64,000 bases of DNA from an uncultured Gemmatimonadales bacterium (GCA_963701965.1 OY969695.1:3104001-3168000); one strand, 5' to 3'. Numbered from the stretch's first letter, positions 39,747-50,439 are shown. The notes: a model not told the origin generated them from the sequence alone. Made by a program: numbers and translations.

Positions 39747-40256
39747 ATGGTTGACCTGCTCGTGGTACGTACGCTCGCGGACTATCCGCCGGGTTTGATC
39801 GGTACGATCGCCGCGCTCTTTGGCCGCACAATCGCGGCGAGCCATGGCGTCGACTGGACGCTCGACGCCATGATTGCCGAGGAGCAAATCGAATTCTTTC
39901 GGCGGTTCGACCCGGCGCGCGACCGGGTGTGGGTCGCGATGGACGGTGGTGCGCCGAAAGGCGGGCTGACGATCGAGGGGCCCCGGTCTGATTCCGACCA
40001 GGGCGCGGCGCGGCTCCGGTTCTTCATCCTCGATCAGTCAGTGCGCGGGCGCGGGCTGGGTCGGCGCATGGTTGCCGAAGCCATGCGCTTCTGTCGCGAC
40101 CAGCGGTGCAAGAAAGTCTATCTCACGACGTTGCCGGGTCTGGACGCGGCCTTTCGCCTGTATGCCGAGCACGGGTTCGTGCTCGCTGCCCAACGCGACC
40201 AGGCATTTCACGGAAGCCGATCTATGGAGCAAGTCCTCGAATGTAGCTTGCCATAG
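39747..40256 (+). CDS. GNAT N-acetyltransferase
   Basis: ARLRFFILD.SVRGRGLGRRM, VYLTTLPGLDAAFRLY..HGF. Confidence 0.88.
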   Translation: MVDLLVVRTLADYPPGLIGTIAALFGRTIAASHGVDWTLDAMIAEEQIEFFRRFDPARDRVWVAMDGGAPKGGLTIEGPRSDSDQGAARLRFFILDQSVRGRGLGRRMVAEAMRFCRDQRCKKVYLTTLPGLDAAFRLYAEHGFVLAAQRDQAFHGSRSMEQVLECSLP

Positions 40257-40282
40257 CGCGTCGAGACGGCGCGCCGGTTCGG

Positions 40283-40819
40283 TTAGCGCGCCGGCTGGCT
40301 CGACGGGGGTACCATGCCGAGCATACGCATGTAGGTGACGATGTTCCCGTAATGCTCGTTGTCATGCGCCGTACTGTAGAGCAGCGCCCAGAGCGCGGAC
40401 CGCTCGCCAGCGAACGTCTTGACTGTCCTTTTCATCGCGTCGGCGTCGGTCATCGCGTACGCCTTCTGGCAGTGCGCGGTGGAGGCCTTGAGCGCCGCCA
40501 CCAATGCGGCCTTCCCGGTCGTGGTGTTCTCGATGAGGCCCGAGGCGTTCGCCTTCTCGCCGAGCGCCTGGGCGCAGAACATATCCTGGGAGCCGGCGAT
40601 GTGCGCGATGAGCTGGCCGAAGGTGCGCACCGTCGGCGCAGGGCGGTACGAGTAGCTCGAGTCTGGCACCTGCTCGGCGGCCGCGGTCACGTAGCCGATG
40701 ACGATCGTCCAGATCTCGCGATCCGCCGCGAGTGCCGACGGCGCGGTGGGGGCAACGGGATGCGAAGGCGCGGCGCCCAGGGTGGCGGCAAGGAATAGCA
40801 GGGGAATCGAACGCATCAT
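40283..40819 (-). CDS. DinB-family protein with signal peptide
   Basis: YSYRP.PTVRTFGQLIAHIA, HDNEHYGNIVTYMRM.G.VPPSS. Confidence 0.88.
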   Translation of the reverse strand: MMRSIPLLFLAATLGAAPSHPVAPTAPSALAADREIWTIVIGYVTAAAEQVPDSSYSYRPAPTVRTFGQLIAHIAGSQDMFCAQALGEKANASGLIENTTTGKAALVAALKASTAHCQKAYAMTDADAMKRTVKTFAGERSALWALLYSTAHDNEHYGNIVTYMRMLGMVPPSSQPAR

Positions 40820-41209
40820 GACGAAACGCCTCCGAACGGTGGGTCCCAGCGGCAGTGGCTGGACAACCGGGTTGTGACGACGAAGATCGAAAAAGTATGT
40901 AGCAAGACGGGAGGCGACGCCACGAGCTGGCCACGCACGCTCCCCTTCGCACCGCTGCCGGCGGCTCAGCGCACCAACCGCCGTCGCGCCGTTTCGGGTC
41001 TGGCACCTCGGGCATTGACGCCTCGTTCGCGTCTCACCGGCGGATAGGCTGAATGACCTATACCCGACAGTAGGGACTTGTTGGCGCGGCCAGGCGCACC
41101 ACGTATGGTAGGTATCCACACCGGGCATCGACGTCACCGCGACACCATTGGGCTTATTCTGACCGGAGTGCTGCAGCCGATATCCCGATCCGGATCCAAT
41201 GACTCGCCC

Positions 41210-41690
41210 ATGAAACACCTCGCGACGGGTCTCATGCTCATCGTCGGCTCGGCTACCCCCGCCTTCGGCCAGTGGACTATCGACGCCGCCGTCGGCGTCG
41301 TCGCACCGACGTCCGGCAGTGGCTTCAGGTCAGGCCTCGATCTCATGGGCGCGGTCGAACAGCGCCTGGACCCCGGGCTTCCGCTCGCGCTGCGCCTCGA
41401 AGTCGGCTGGAATCGCACCATCACGCGCACCGATCTCGACGGAATTGTCGACCCGCCGTTGGCGGGCACTCGACTCCGTCCGGACGTACTCGCCGGCTTC
41501 GGCCTGTATCAAGTTAGGGAACTCCGCTCTAACCATACCAATTTTGGCCTCAATTTTGGTGGCGGACTCCGATACCCCATCGGCCCCGTCCAACCGTTCT
41601 TCGAGGTCCGCTATCACAGGCGACTACGCGCCCGTGGCGGCTATCAGGTTCATTCCGTTCCAGTTCGGCGCGCGCCTTCCATTTCTGTGA
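41210..41690 (+). pseudogene. Outer-membrane beta-barrel protein (frameshift near 41620-41640)
   Basis: Signal peptide; NFGLNFGGGLRYP..PFFEVRYH; C-terminal RFIPFQFGARLPFL in another frame. Confidence 0.6.
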
Positions 41691-41713
41691 TCCGGCCGGG
41701 AGGCGGGGAGTGC

Positions 41714-41760
41714 TTGACGGCGCGTGCGCCGTTCTGTAGCCTAATGCCCATGGGCATTAG
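41714..41760 (+). promoter_or_regulatory. Promoter TTGACG-N17-TAGCCT with perfect 20-bp palindrome CTAATGCCCATGGGCATTAG
   Basis: -35 at 41714-41719, -10 at 41737-41742, palindrome 41741-41760 covering the start codon. Confidence 0.7.
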
Positions 41761-43156
41761 AGCAGAGACCATCCGCGCGCGCGTACCCGCCGCGGAGAAT
41801 CCGTACCACGCGCTGCTCGAGGCGGCGGCGGCCAGGGCGCAACGGTACCTGGCGGACATCGGTGAGCGTTTCGTGGGCGTCGAAGCGCCGGCCCTGCAGC
41901 AGATGCGGATCCTTGGTGGTCCGCTGCCCGGCCACGGCGAAGATCCGCATGCGGTCCTTCAGTTGCTGGACGAATCGGGCTCGCCGGCGACCGTGGCGGT
42001 CATGGGCGGCCGGTTCTTCGGCGGCGTCATTGGCGGATCTCTCCCGGTGACCGTGGCCGCGCACTGGCTGGCCGACGCCTGGGACCAGAACGCGTGCCTG
42101 TTCGAGATGTCGCCCGTGTCGGCCTATCTCGAGGAGGTCGTGCTTGCTTGGATGCTGGAGCTCTTCGGTCTCCCGGCAGACTGCGGCGGGGCGTTGGTGA
42201 CGGGAACGCAGATGGCGGACGTCACCGCGCTGGCCGCGGCCCGGCATCGGGTCTTGCGCCGGCACGGGTGGGACGTGGAGCGCGATGGCTTGTTCGGGGC
42301 ACCGGGCGTCACCGTGATCGTCGGGGAAGAAGTGCATGCCACGATGCTCAAGGCGCTGTCGCTGCTGGGATTTGGGAAAGGTCGGGTGCTGACCGTGCCG
42401 GCTGATGCGCAGGGCCGCATGGACCCGACGGCTATTCCTCGTGTGTCAGGCCCGGTCATTCTCTGCGCTCAGCTGGGTAACGTGAACTCGGGCGGGTGTG
42501 ATCCGTTGGTGGAGATCTGTCGGGTGGCCCGAACCATGGACGCGTGGGTTCATGTGGACGGAGCCTTTGGGATGTGGGCCGCCGTCGCGCCCCAGCGGAA
42601 GCAACTGGTCGCGGGCTTGGAGTTGGCGGACTCGTGGGCAACGGATGGGCACAAGTGGGTGAACACGCCGCAGGATTGCGGGATGGTGTTCGTTCGCGAT
42701 CGGGAGGCGCTCCGGGAGGCGATGGCGATCTCCGGCGCGTACTACGGGACGACCGCGCGCCGTGACCCGATGCGCTGGTGCCCCGACTCATCGCGCCGCG
42801 CGCGGGCCGTCGAAGTGTGGGCGGCGCTTCGCACCCTCGGTCGCGATGGGCTCGCGGCCCAGATCGAGCGTACGTGTCAGCATGCCGAGCGATTTGCCAC
42901 CGGCTTGCGGGAGGCAGGGTACGAGATCTTGAATGATGTCGTCCTCAATCAAGTATTGGTGGCGTTCGCCTCGGATGCCGCCACCGAACGGGTCATTGAG
43001 GGCGTGCAAGCGGATGGGACCTGTTGGTGCGGTGGCACGGTGTGGAAGGGACGGAAGGCGATGCGGATCAGCGTCTCCTCGTGGGCGACGACGGACGATG
43101 ACGTGAGGCGCAGTCTGGACGCCATGTGCCGCATCGCGGCCCGCGTCGGGAGGTAG
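41750..43156 (+). CDS. PLP-dependent group II (aromatic amino acid-type) decarboxylase
   Basis: WVHVDGAFG, ADSWATDGHKWVN (PLP Lys), SRRARAVEVWAAL, MRISVSSW. Confidence 0.9.
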   Translation: MGIRAETIRARVPAAENPYHALLEAAAARAQRYLADIGERFVGVEAPALQQMRILGGPLPGHGEDPHAVLQLLDESGSPATVAVMGGRFFGGVIGGSLPVTVAAHWLADAWDQNACLFEMSPVSAYLEEVVLAWMLELFGLPADCGGALVTGTQMADVTALAAARHRVLRRHGWDVERDGLFGAPGVTVIVGEEVHATMLKALSLLGFGKGRVLTVPADAQGRMDPTAIPRVSGPVILCAQLGNVNSGGCDPLVEICRVARTMDAWVHVDGAFGMWAAVAPQRKQLVAGLELADSWATDGHKWVNTPQDCGMVFVRDREALREAMAISGAYYGTTARRDPMRWCPDSSRRARAVEVWAALRTLGRDGLAAQIERTCQHAERFATGLREAGYEILNDVVLNQVLVAFASDAATERVIEGVQADGTCWCGGTVWKGRKAMRISVSSWATTDDDVRRSLDAMCRIAARVGR

Positions 43157-43767
43157 CCGCGACGCGAGCCGCACTCTCCAGGGATGTCGAGCGCGCCGGC
43201 TCGCAGTTTTTCGGCGGCCGGGTGTGCCTCGATTTTGCCAACACGGTCGATTGGCGCACCTCTCTCGAGCCGGTGGAGTTGATTCCGGATTATCCCTCCT
43301 TCGTCGCCTGGTCGGTCCGCAGGCACATTCTCTCGGCGCGGGCTGCTGGCCGACTGCTGGTGCGGTCGAGTAGGGGCGCCGAGGCGGCCGCGGCAATGGA
43401 TGACGCGCGGGCGCTGCGCGAGCAGATCTGGCGGATCGCGGAACGGCTGCTCGATGGCCGCGCGTTCAGTGTGACAGGGCTCAACCGCATGCTCAAAGAC
43501 CTGCCTCCGCAGCCACAGCTCGTCCTGGGTCGCGGCACCGTACGGTACGAGTTGCCTGGGGAAGAGCTGCGAGAGCCGCTCAGGCCGGTGCTGTGGTCGT
43601 TGACCAGTGTATTGACATCGGTGGATGCCAAGCGGCTCGGGCTCTGTGGGGCCAATGGGTGCGGGTGGTTTTTCGTGGACGAGAGCCCGAACCAGTCGAG
43701 GCGGTGGTGCTCGAGCGAGACTTGCGGCAATCGGGAGCGGGTACGACGCGCGTATGCCAGGAAATGA
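43126..43767 (+). CDS. ABATE/CGNR zinc-finger regulator
   Basis: GGRVCLDFANT; C....CGWFFVDESPNQSRRWCSSETCGNRERVRR. Confidence 0.92.
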   Translation: MPHRGPRREVAATRAALSRDVERAGSQFFGGRVCLDFANTVDWRTSLEPVELIPDYPSFVAWSVRRHILSARAAGRLLVRSSRGAEAAAAMDDARALREQIWRIAERLLDGRAFSVTGLNRMLKDLPPQPQLVLGRGTVRYELPGEELREPLRPVLWSLTSVLTSVDAKRLGLCGANGCGWFFVDESPNQSRRWCSSETCGNRERVRRAYARK

Positions 43768-43791
43768 AGACCGCGCGCTGTCCCTCTGTTC

Positions 43792-44412
43792 TCAGCGAAA
43801 CGGTTGCCCCCCGTGTCGATCGTCGAGCACGAAATGACTCCGCGCGGGCATTTCGACCTTGGGCAGCGTCGTTGCGTCCATGACCGCCGTCCGCGGGATG
43901 ATCTGACTCTCGGCCAGGATGTAAGCGACGAGCGCGTACGTCTCGTTGGGCGTCAGCGATCCTGGCGCGGAAAGCGGCATGCTGCGGTGCACGTAATCGT
44001 ACAGCGTCGTCGCGTACGGCCAATAGTTGCCGACGGTCTTCGGAATCCTGACATCGAGACCGAATCGGAAGTCGGCTTCCGCCGGCGCGCCTAGGAGCCG
44101 CGGATACGTGCCAACTCCCTCCCCATTCCTGCCATGGCAGACCGCGCACTTGGCCGCATACACCGTCGCACCCTCGGTGTACGTGCCCTGACCGGCCGGC
44201 AATCCGGCGCCGGCGGGATTCGCGTCGATATCGATGGGTGTGATGTCGGCCGCCGTCGCCGCGCGTCCGAGCGCGAAGCGTGAGGGCAAGCCTGGCGCTC
44301 GCGCCGCCGGTGGCAACCCCGCCGACCGATCGGTCGGCTCGGCACCGCGGCAGCCCATCAGCACGAGCAGCGCGAGCGTGATACGCACGGTGTCAATTCT
44401 CGAAGAAGACAT
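43792..44412 (-). CDS. soxD: Monoheme cytochrome c (SoxD/SorB-like), lipoprotein
   Basis: GLPAGQGT..EG..VYAAKCAVCHG, KTVGNYWPYATTLYDYVHRSMP. Confidence 0.8.
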   Translation of the reverse strand: MSSSRIDTVRITLALLVLMGCRGAEPTDRSAGLPPAARAPGLPSRFALGRAATAADITPIDIDANPAGAGLPAGQGTYTEGATVYAAKCAVCHGRNGEGVGTYPRLLGAPAEADFRFGLDVRIPKTVGNYWPYATTLYDYVHRSMPLSAPGSLTPNETYALVAYILAESQIIPRTAVMDATTLPKVEMPARSHFVLDDRHGGQPFR

Positions 44413-45661
44413 GTCCGTCCGCCTCGACCCGCCACGTGTGAATCGCGTTGAAGTGATAGTCTGTGCCAGCGCCTCGCACGCGGCGGAACGTCGACAACGT
44501 GGGCTGCACGTACCCCGTCTCATCGATCGCGCGACTCATGAGTCGTGCGGGGCGGCCATCCCACTCCCACATGTGACGAAAGCGTGTGTGCGCCATTGGC
44601 AGGACGGCCCCGACGAGCTCCGCTTCCGTCCAGGTACGAGCGCCGTCCGTGCTCACGTCGACGCGCGTGATTTTCCCGCGCCCGGACCAGGCGATTCCGC
44701 TGACGGGCCACCATCGACGACTGCCGAGCTGCATGGGGTAGGTGGGTGACGTGATGATCGACTTCGCATCCATCACGAAGCTGAACTGGCGCGCGGTGCC
44801 ATCCGGGAGCGGGTCCGTGTACTTCGACGTCTCATCGCGCGACATGTTCGGCTGATCGATCGCCTTCAGGCGCCGAATCCACTTGATATTCATGTTTCCC
44901 TCGTAGCCGGGCAACAGGAGGCGTGCCGGGTATCCGTTCGCGATGCGCACGGGCTCGCCGTTCTGCGCGTAGGCGATCATGGCGTCGTCCAGCATCTTCG
45001 CCATGGGGATGCTGCGCGAGAGGCGCGAGGCATCACCCCCTTCGGCCAGCATCCAGGGCGCGCCCCTGACGCCGACCTCTTGTAGCAGCATCGCGACGGG
45101 AACGCCGGTCCACTCCGAGTTACTCGTGAGTCCGTCCACGTCCTGCGGCGTCATCGTGGGTTTGGGCGTGCGGTACGCCGAGCGTCCGTTCCCCGAGCAT
45201 TCGACGAAACACGTGCGGGTCACGGACGGGAACCGCTTCAAGTCGTCGAGTGAGAGCACGAGCGGCCGCTCGACCATGCCATGAATGGTCAGGGTGTAGC
45301 GGCGCGGGTCGATGACCGCGATGCCATTATGGTGGCGCTGAAAATGGAGATCGGATGGGGTGATCGTGCCCATCAGATCCTGGAGCGGCGCGTTCGACGA
45401 GCCGGTCGTCACGCCAACCGGTGCGAGAGTGGGGTTTTCGAACGGCGATCGGAGACCTTGCGGACTGGAAGGGAGTCCGGGGATCGTCGACGCGTCCGCC
45501 GGTGCCGTCGGAGCGGGAGGTGACGCGACAGTGGAACTCGAGACCTGTTGCGCCAGCGTCTCTGCCGTGTCGCCGAGCAGAGCTCCTCCCATCAAGCCAG
45601 CAGCAACGCCTAGTGCCCGCCGGCGATCTATTGGGCCGCCGCCATTGCCGAACGCTGTCAT
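44393..45661 (-). CDS. soxC: Molybdopterin sulfite/sulfane dehydrogenase SoxC (Tat-exported)
   Basis: DRRRAL Tat signal, GTITPSDLHFQRHH, ECSGN, QNGEPVR..NGYPARL, ETSKYTD, SGIAWSG. Confidence 0.9.
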   Translation of the reverse strand: MTAFGNGGGPIDRRRALGVAAGLMGGALLGDTAETLAQQVSSSTVASPPAPTAPADASTIPGLPSSPQGLRSPFENPTLAPVGVTTGSSNAPLQDLMGTITPSDLHFQRHHNGIAVIDPRRYTLTIHGMVERPLVLSLDDLKRFPSVTRTCFVECSGNGRSAYRTPKPTMTPQDVDGLTSNSEWTGVPVAMLLQEVGVRGAPWMLAEGGDASRLSRSIPMAKMLDDAMIAYAQNGEPVRIANGYPARLLLPGYEGNMNIKWIRRLKAIDQPNMSRDETSKYTDPLPDGTARQFSFVMDAKSIITSPTYPMQLGSRRWWPVSGIAWSGRGKITRVDVSTDGARTWTEAELVGAVLPMAHTRFRHMWEWDGRPARLMSRAIDETGYVQPTLSTFRRVRGAGTDYHFNAIHTWRVEADGHVFFEN

Positions 45662-45812
45662 ATCGTCCTCCGTTCGCACTGAGCTCCCTCGAGTGACTCG
45701 CCCATCGAGCCGCCTGTGCATTATGGTGCACAAATAGGACAATATGGGAGACCTCGTGCTTCGGCTATCCTCTGCCTTCAAACCCTGCGGCCCCCCGCAC
45801 GGTCCAAAGGAT

Positions 45813-48264
45813 ATGGAAGCCGCCATCCAGGAACTCCGATACGCCGCGCGCCGACTGGTGCGCACCCCCGCGTTCACACTGATCGCGCTCGCCACCGTGT
45901 CGCTCGCGATCGGCGCCAGCACCGCGGCGTTCAGCCTTGTGAACGGCGTGCTCCTCGAGCCCCTTGGCTTCGAGCGACCGAACCGACTCTTGTACCTGCA
46001 TGGGACGGATTCCCGCCAAGCGGCGCAGATGCTCTCGCCGCAGGATCTGATGGACTTCCGGAACCAAACGCACAGCTTCACAGCGGTCGTCGCGATCCAA
46101 AGTCCGCTGAGTCTCAACCTGCTTCGCACCCAAGGTCCCGCGCTCCGCGTCAACGCGGCTCGGGTGGGCGCCGACTTTTTTTCTACGCTGGGTACCCGCG
46201 CACAGGTCGGGCGAACGTTTGCGCCGGGCGAAGACGCGAGAACGGCGCCCAAGGTCGTCGTTCTGTCCGACGGCGCATGGAAACGCTATTTCTCGGCGAA
46301 TCCCAACATCGCGGGGACGCAGATTACGCTCGACGGCGACCCCTACGTCGTGGTTGGCGTGGCGCCTCCCCGGTTCACCTTCCCCGACAACGTCGAGCTC
46401 TGGTACCCCGCGGTCTGGGAACCCTGGGAGATCGGCGATATCGGCCGCGGCAATCATTCCGAAGCGGCGATCGCGCGGTTACGCAATGGCGTCACGCTCG
46501 CTAGCGCCCAGCGCGATCTGAGCACGGTCGCGAGTCGCATCGCCCAGGCGTTTCCGAAGGACGACGCGGGGATCGGCGTGGCGGCGGTTCCGCTGCGGCA
46601 ACAGATCGTGGGTGAGGTCGAGGCGCCGCTCTGGGCGATGCTGGGCGCAGTCATGTTCGTGCTCTTGATCGCCTGCGCCAACGTCGCGAACCTGTTGCTC
46701 GTTCGGGCGGCGTCACGGGTGTCCGAAGTGGCGGTGCGAACCGCCCTCGGCGCGGGGCGCCGGCAGATCGTCGCGCCATCACTGGCCGAGAGCGCGCTCA
46801 TCGTCTTGGGAGGAGCGGTGATCGGTACAGTGATCGCCGTGCTCGTGGTGCATGTGCTGGCGGGAGGCGGGATGGTTTCCCTGCCGCGCATGCAGGATGT
46901 CAGCGTCGATGGGCGCGTGCTCGCATTCTCGGCGGCGCTTGCCGTCGCCACCGCTCTTGCCGTCGGCCTCGTGCCGGCGCTCCAAGTTTCCCGCTGGGAC
47001 CTGTCGCCCTTGCTCCGCTCGGGGAGATTCGGAGGGGCCTCGGGAAGCACCCGCACTCGATCCGTTCTCGTCATGACGGAGCTCGCGCTGGGCACGGTGT
47101 TGCTCGTGGGAGCCGGCCTCCTGATCCGCAGCTTCCAGCGGCTTACTCACGTCGATCCGGGCTTCAGGGCAGATCATTCTCGTGGTGTTCGACGTCGCAC
47201 TGGCGACAAAAAAATACACATCCGACGCGCCGAAGATCGACTTCGCCGATCGTGTGCAAGCAGGGCTCGCGGCGTTGCCAGGTGTGCAGAGCGTGGCTGT
47301 GGCGGCCAACCGCCCGTTCGACCAGGAACAGTTTGGCCCTTCCACGTTGTTCATGGTCGATGGCGCACCGCCACCCATGCCGGGCGCGGAGCCAAAGTCC
47401 CGCCTCCATCCCGTCTCCCCCGCGTTCTTTCGCACCATAGGGATGACGCTGCTGCGCGGGCGCAGCTTTACGGAGGACGAGAACCGGTGGGACGCGGCCC
47501 CGGTGATCGTCATCAACCAAGCCCTGGCCGACCGATACTTCCCGGGGGAGGACCCGATCGGGAAGCACCTGACGTTCGCCTTTTGGCACGGTGGCTCCAC
47601 CGTGCCAGGAGACAGTGCGGTGCATCCGTACGGTGAGATCGTCGGTATCGTGCGCAATGCCTCTTACGGCTCGCTCAAGAGCAAACCCGAGCCCGCGACA
47701 TTCCTGCCGTACCGCCGGTTCCCGCTGGAAGCGACCTTTCTCCTTCGCACGGCGCTCCGACCCGCGGCACTGGAGCCAGAGATCCGGCGCGTCGTCGCAT
47801 TGGTCGATCCGTACGTGCCGACGTATGAACTGGGGAGCATGAACGCGGCGGTGGCCGAATCGGTGTCGCAGTCACGCTTCTACACGCTCTTGCTGACCGC
47901 GTTTGCCGCTATCGCGCTGCTGCTGGCCACGCTGGGCGTGTACGGGGTGGTGTCGTATGCGGTGAGTCAGCAGATGCGGGACTTCGGGATTCGCATCGCG
48001 CTCGGCGCGGCCTCGCGTGATGTCGTGAACCTCGTGCTCGGACGTGGGGCCTTGCTGATCCTGCCCGGCATCGCCTCGGGCCTTGTGGGCGCCCTGTTCC
48101 TCACGCGCGCGATCCACGGTCTGTTGTTCGGCATCGAGCCACTGGATCCGCCAACTCTCGTGCTGGTGTGCCTCGTGTTCGCCACCGTCGGGGCGATCGC
48201 GTGTTGGCTCCCCGCCCGTCGAGCGGCGCGGGTGGACCCGATTATCGCGATGCGCTCGGAGTGA
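45813..48264 (+). CDS. ADOP-type ABC permease (frameshift near 47180)
   Basis: [55 protein letters not shown]. Confidence 0.88.
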
Positions 48265-49366
48265 GCGGTCGCGCGAGCGTTTCGATGATCGCGATCGATG
48301 CCGGCGCCAGTGGCGTGATCTCCGGGTCGTTCGGGTGCGCTCGCGCGATGCGAATGTACTCCATCACGAAATCCGCCGGCGGTGCGCCCACGAGCGCCCG
48401 CAGCCGGTCTCGCCCGGCGTATCGATCGATGACTTTCGACATCCGGTACCCCACATAGTACCCCGTCTGGTCCCACGACCCCGCGAATCCCAGCTTGAGC
48501 AGTGTGCCAAGCGGCGCATCAGGGTCGTGTGCCGAACGAAACAGGATCGTGTCGAAGAGCGCGAAGATGTCACCCGCGCGACCCAGCTCGCGTTGAAGCT
48601 CCGCCTGATCTCGCGCCATGCGCGGTCCGGTCGATTGATACATCGATGGGTCGCCGACATAGCTCGCCATCCCTTCGATGACCAGGTTGAGCAGAATCGC
48701 ACGCGCGCGATGCCGTTCACGCGCATCGACGGCAAGCGTCGGCTGGTCGGTCATTTGGGCGCCGATGTCGGGCTGCGCCAGCTCCTGCACGACGTGAAAG
48801 AGCTCATGGCTGGCGCTGTTGGTCATGCTCTCGACCTCTTCCCGATGGAAACCCAGGTCCAGGTAGAAGTCGGCGTGATTGCCCTCGGGAACCCAGCCAT
48901 TCTGGTGCGTCGCGCCAACCAGAACGTGGAGCGTCGTCTGCACGTTCATGCCGTCCGGAGTAAAGGACCGCAGCCGATCGCCTAGACGCTGGGCGATGAC
49001 CGCACTGTCGGTCGTCAAGCGCGCCAGCATGCGCCGTGTCGATGACGGATCGGCGCGCAATCGCGCCAGATCGAAGGGAGCGCCATCCCCGCCACGGGAC
49101 AAGCGCAACACGGCCGTCTTGAACGCCGCCGGCGTGACCGTCGAGTCGTACTTGGCCATCTTGGCGATCATCGCGCGCACCGCGTCGTTCCGGAGCGCCG
49201 CATCGGCGGCGGCGGCGGCTTGGACCGTGTCGGCCAGAGCGGCGGCCAGCACGGCGTTCGCGCCACTCACGTCGAGGATCACGCTGAAGGTGGCGGGCCG
49301 AGGCGCCGACGGCGCCTGGCTACACACGAGAGTGGCGCCCAGCACCAGCAGGGATGTCAGGCTCAT
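48242..49366 (-). CDS. Secreted Zn-dependent protease-like protein
   Basis: SHELFH (HExxH), EGMASY, GYYVGY; signal peptide. Confidence 0.75.
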   Translation of the reverse strand: MSLTSLLVLGATLVCSQAPSAPRPATFSVILDVSGANAVLAAALADTVQAAAAADAALRNDAVRAMIAKMAKYDSTVTPAAFKTAVLRLSRGGDGAPFDLARLRADPSSTRRMLARLTTDSAVIAQRLGDRLRSFTPDGMNVQTTLHVLVGATHQNGWVPEGNHADFYLDLGFHREEVESMTNSASHELFHVVQELAQPDIGAQMTDQPTLAVDARERHRARAILLNLVIEGMASYVGDPSMYQSTGPRMARDQAELQRELGRAGDIFALFDTILFRSAHDPDAPLGTLLKLGFAGSWDQTGYYVGYRMSKVIDRYAGRDRLRALVGAPPADFVMEYIRIARAHPNDPEITPLAPASIAIIETLARPLTPSASR

Positions 49367-49377
49367 GAAAACGCAGG

Positions 49378-49800
49378 CTAATGTGGCATAGACCGTCGCG
49401 TCAGTACCCGGCCAAAATGCCCGCTCGTGTTCTCGTGTCGCGCGGACTGCCGGAACTGGCCGGGACTGGTGCCCACCTGACGTCCGAACACGCGGCAAAA
49501 GTGACTTTGGTCGAAAAAGCCGGCTTCCTGGGCGATCGCATCGAGCGATGACGTCGATTGCTGGAGCTGGACCATCGCCCATTCCACGCGCAGGCGTCGC
49601 TGGAACTCGCCGACGCTGCACGCCATCCTGGCGCGGAACACCCGCCACGTGCGCCGGGTGGACGCCCGCACTCGCGGCGAGATCGGACACGGTGAGTGGC
49701 TGGCGACACTCGTCGCGCAGACGGGTTACGATGGCGAAGCTCAGAGCCCAGGCTCCGTAATCCCTCGAACGCGGCACCGCCTCAGGTGCTCCCCGGCCCG
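49378..49800 (-). pseudogene. AraC-family regulator, truncated/frameshifted
   Basis: LTVSDLAASAGVHPAH then RVFRARM.CSVGEF...IAQEAGFFDQSHFCRVF in another frame. Confidence 0.7.
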
Positions 49801-49932
49801 TGGTGAAATCCATCAAGAAGCCGGACGGGCCCGCTGGCGGACGGTCTGAACGCCGCAACGCAGTACGTCGCGGTCCAATCTGTGCGCGTCCCCACATACA
49901 CGTGCGCGACGCATGCCTCAACAGAGGAGCAG

Positions 49933-50439
49933 ATGATGATCACCGTGAAATCGCTCGGCCTCACCGACGCGAACCTCGTGATTCAGGCGGGGATCGCCCG
50001 TGCCAACAAGATCGGCTCGCCGAGCACGATCGCCGTGGTCGATGTTGGGGGCACCGTCGTGGCGCAGGCCCGGATGGACGGCGCGTCGCTCTCGAGCGTC
50101 GCGCTGGCGTACGACAAAGCGTATACCAGCCTCTCGTGTCGGCTGCCGACGAGCACGATTACCAAGATCGCCCGGATCGACGCGGTCTCTCCCAAGTTTT
50201 ACTCAATGTGCTCGGGTGGTTCGGGCTTCAAGCGGGTGGGGTTGGGGATGAGAAAAAGCGCTGGTGGTGCTACTACTGGCGTGAGCTACCTCGTGACGTT
50301 GACCGACGTCACGGTAACCAGCATCACGCACAACTCGAACGGGACGGACGTGATTGTATTGAGCTTTGGCGAAATGACATCCAACGTGCCGGCCTCGGTT
50401 GCACTCTCAATGGCTAGCGCGACCGCTATGATCCGATGA
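49933..50439 (+). CDS. Chimeric protein: GlcG/HbpS N-terminal half fused to an Hcp-like core
   Basis: IAVVDVGG.VVAQARMDGA...AYDKAYTS (GlcG) then RIDAVSPKFYSMCSGG..FKRV.L.MRKS...YLVTLTDVTVTSI...IVLSF (Hcp); GAGGAG RBS. Confidence 0.65.
   Translation: MMITVKSLGLTDANLVIQAGIARANKIGSPSTIAVVDVGGTVVAQARMDGASLSSVALAYDKAYTSLSCRLPTSTITKIARIDAVSPKFYSMCSGGSGFKRVGLGMRKSAGGATTGVSYLVTLTDVTVTSITHNSNGTDVIVLSFGEMTSNVPASVALSMASATAMIR

Noticed and set aside
41078..43156. 692-aa beta-barrel/decarboxylase fusion ORF
   Set aside because: Artefact of a frameshift in the upstream barrel gene; the decarboxylase has its own promoter at 41714-41742
44393..46252. 619-aa SoxC with long N-terminal extension (likewise 48242-49921)
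   Set aside because: Extensions overlap other genes; better starts (RBS and/or signal peptide) lie at 45661 and 49366
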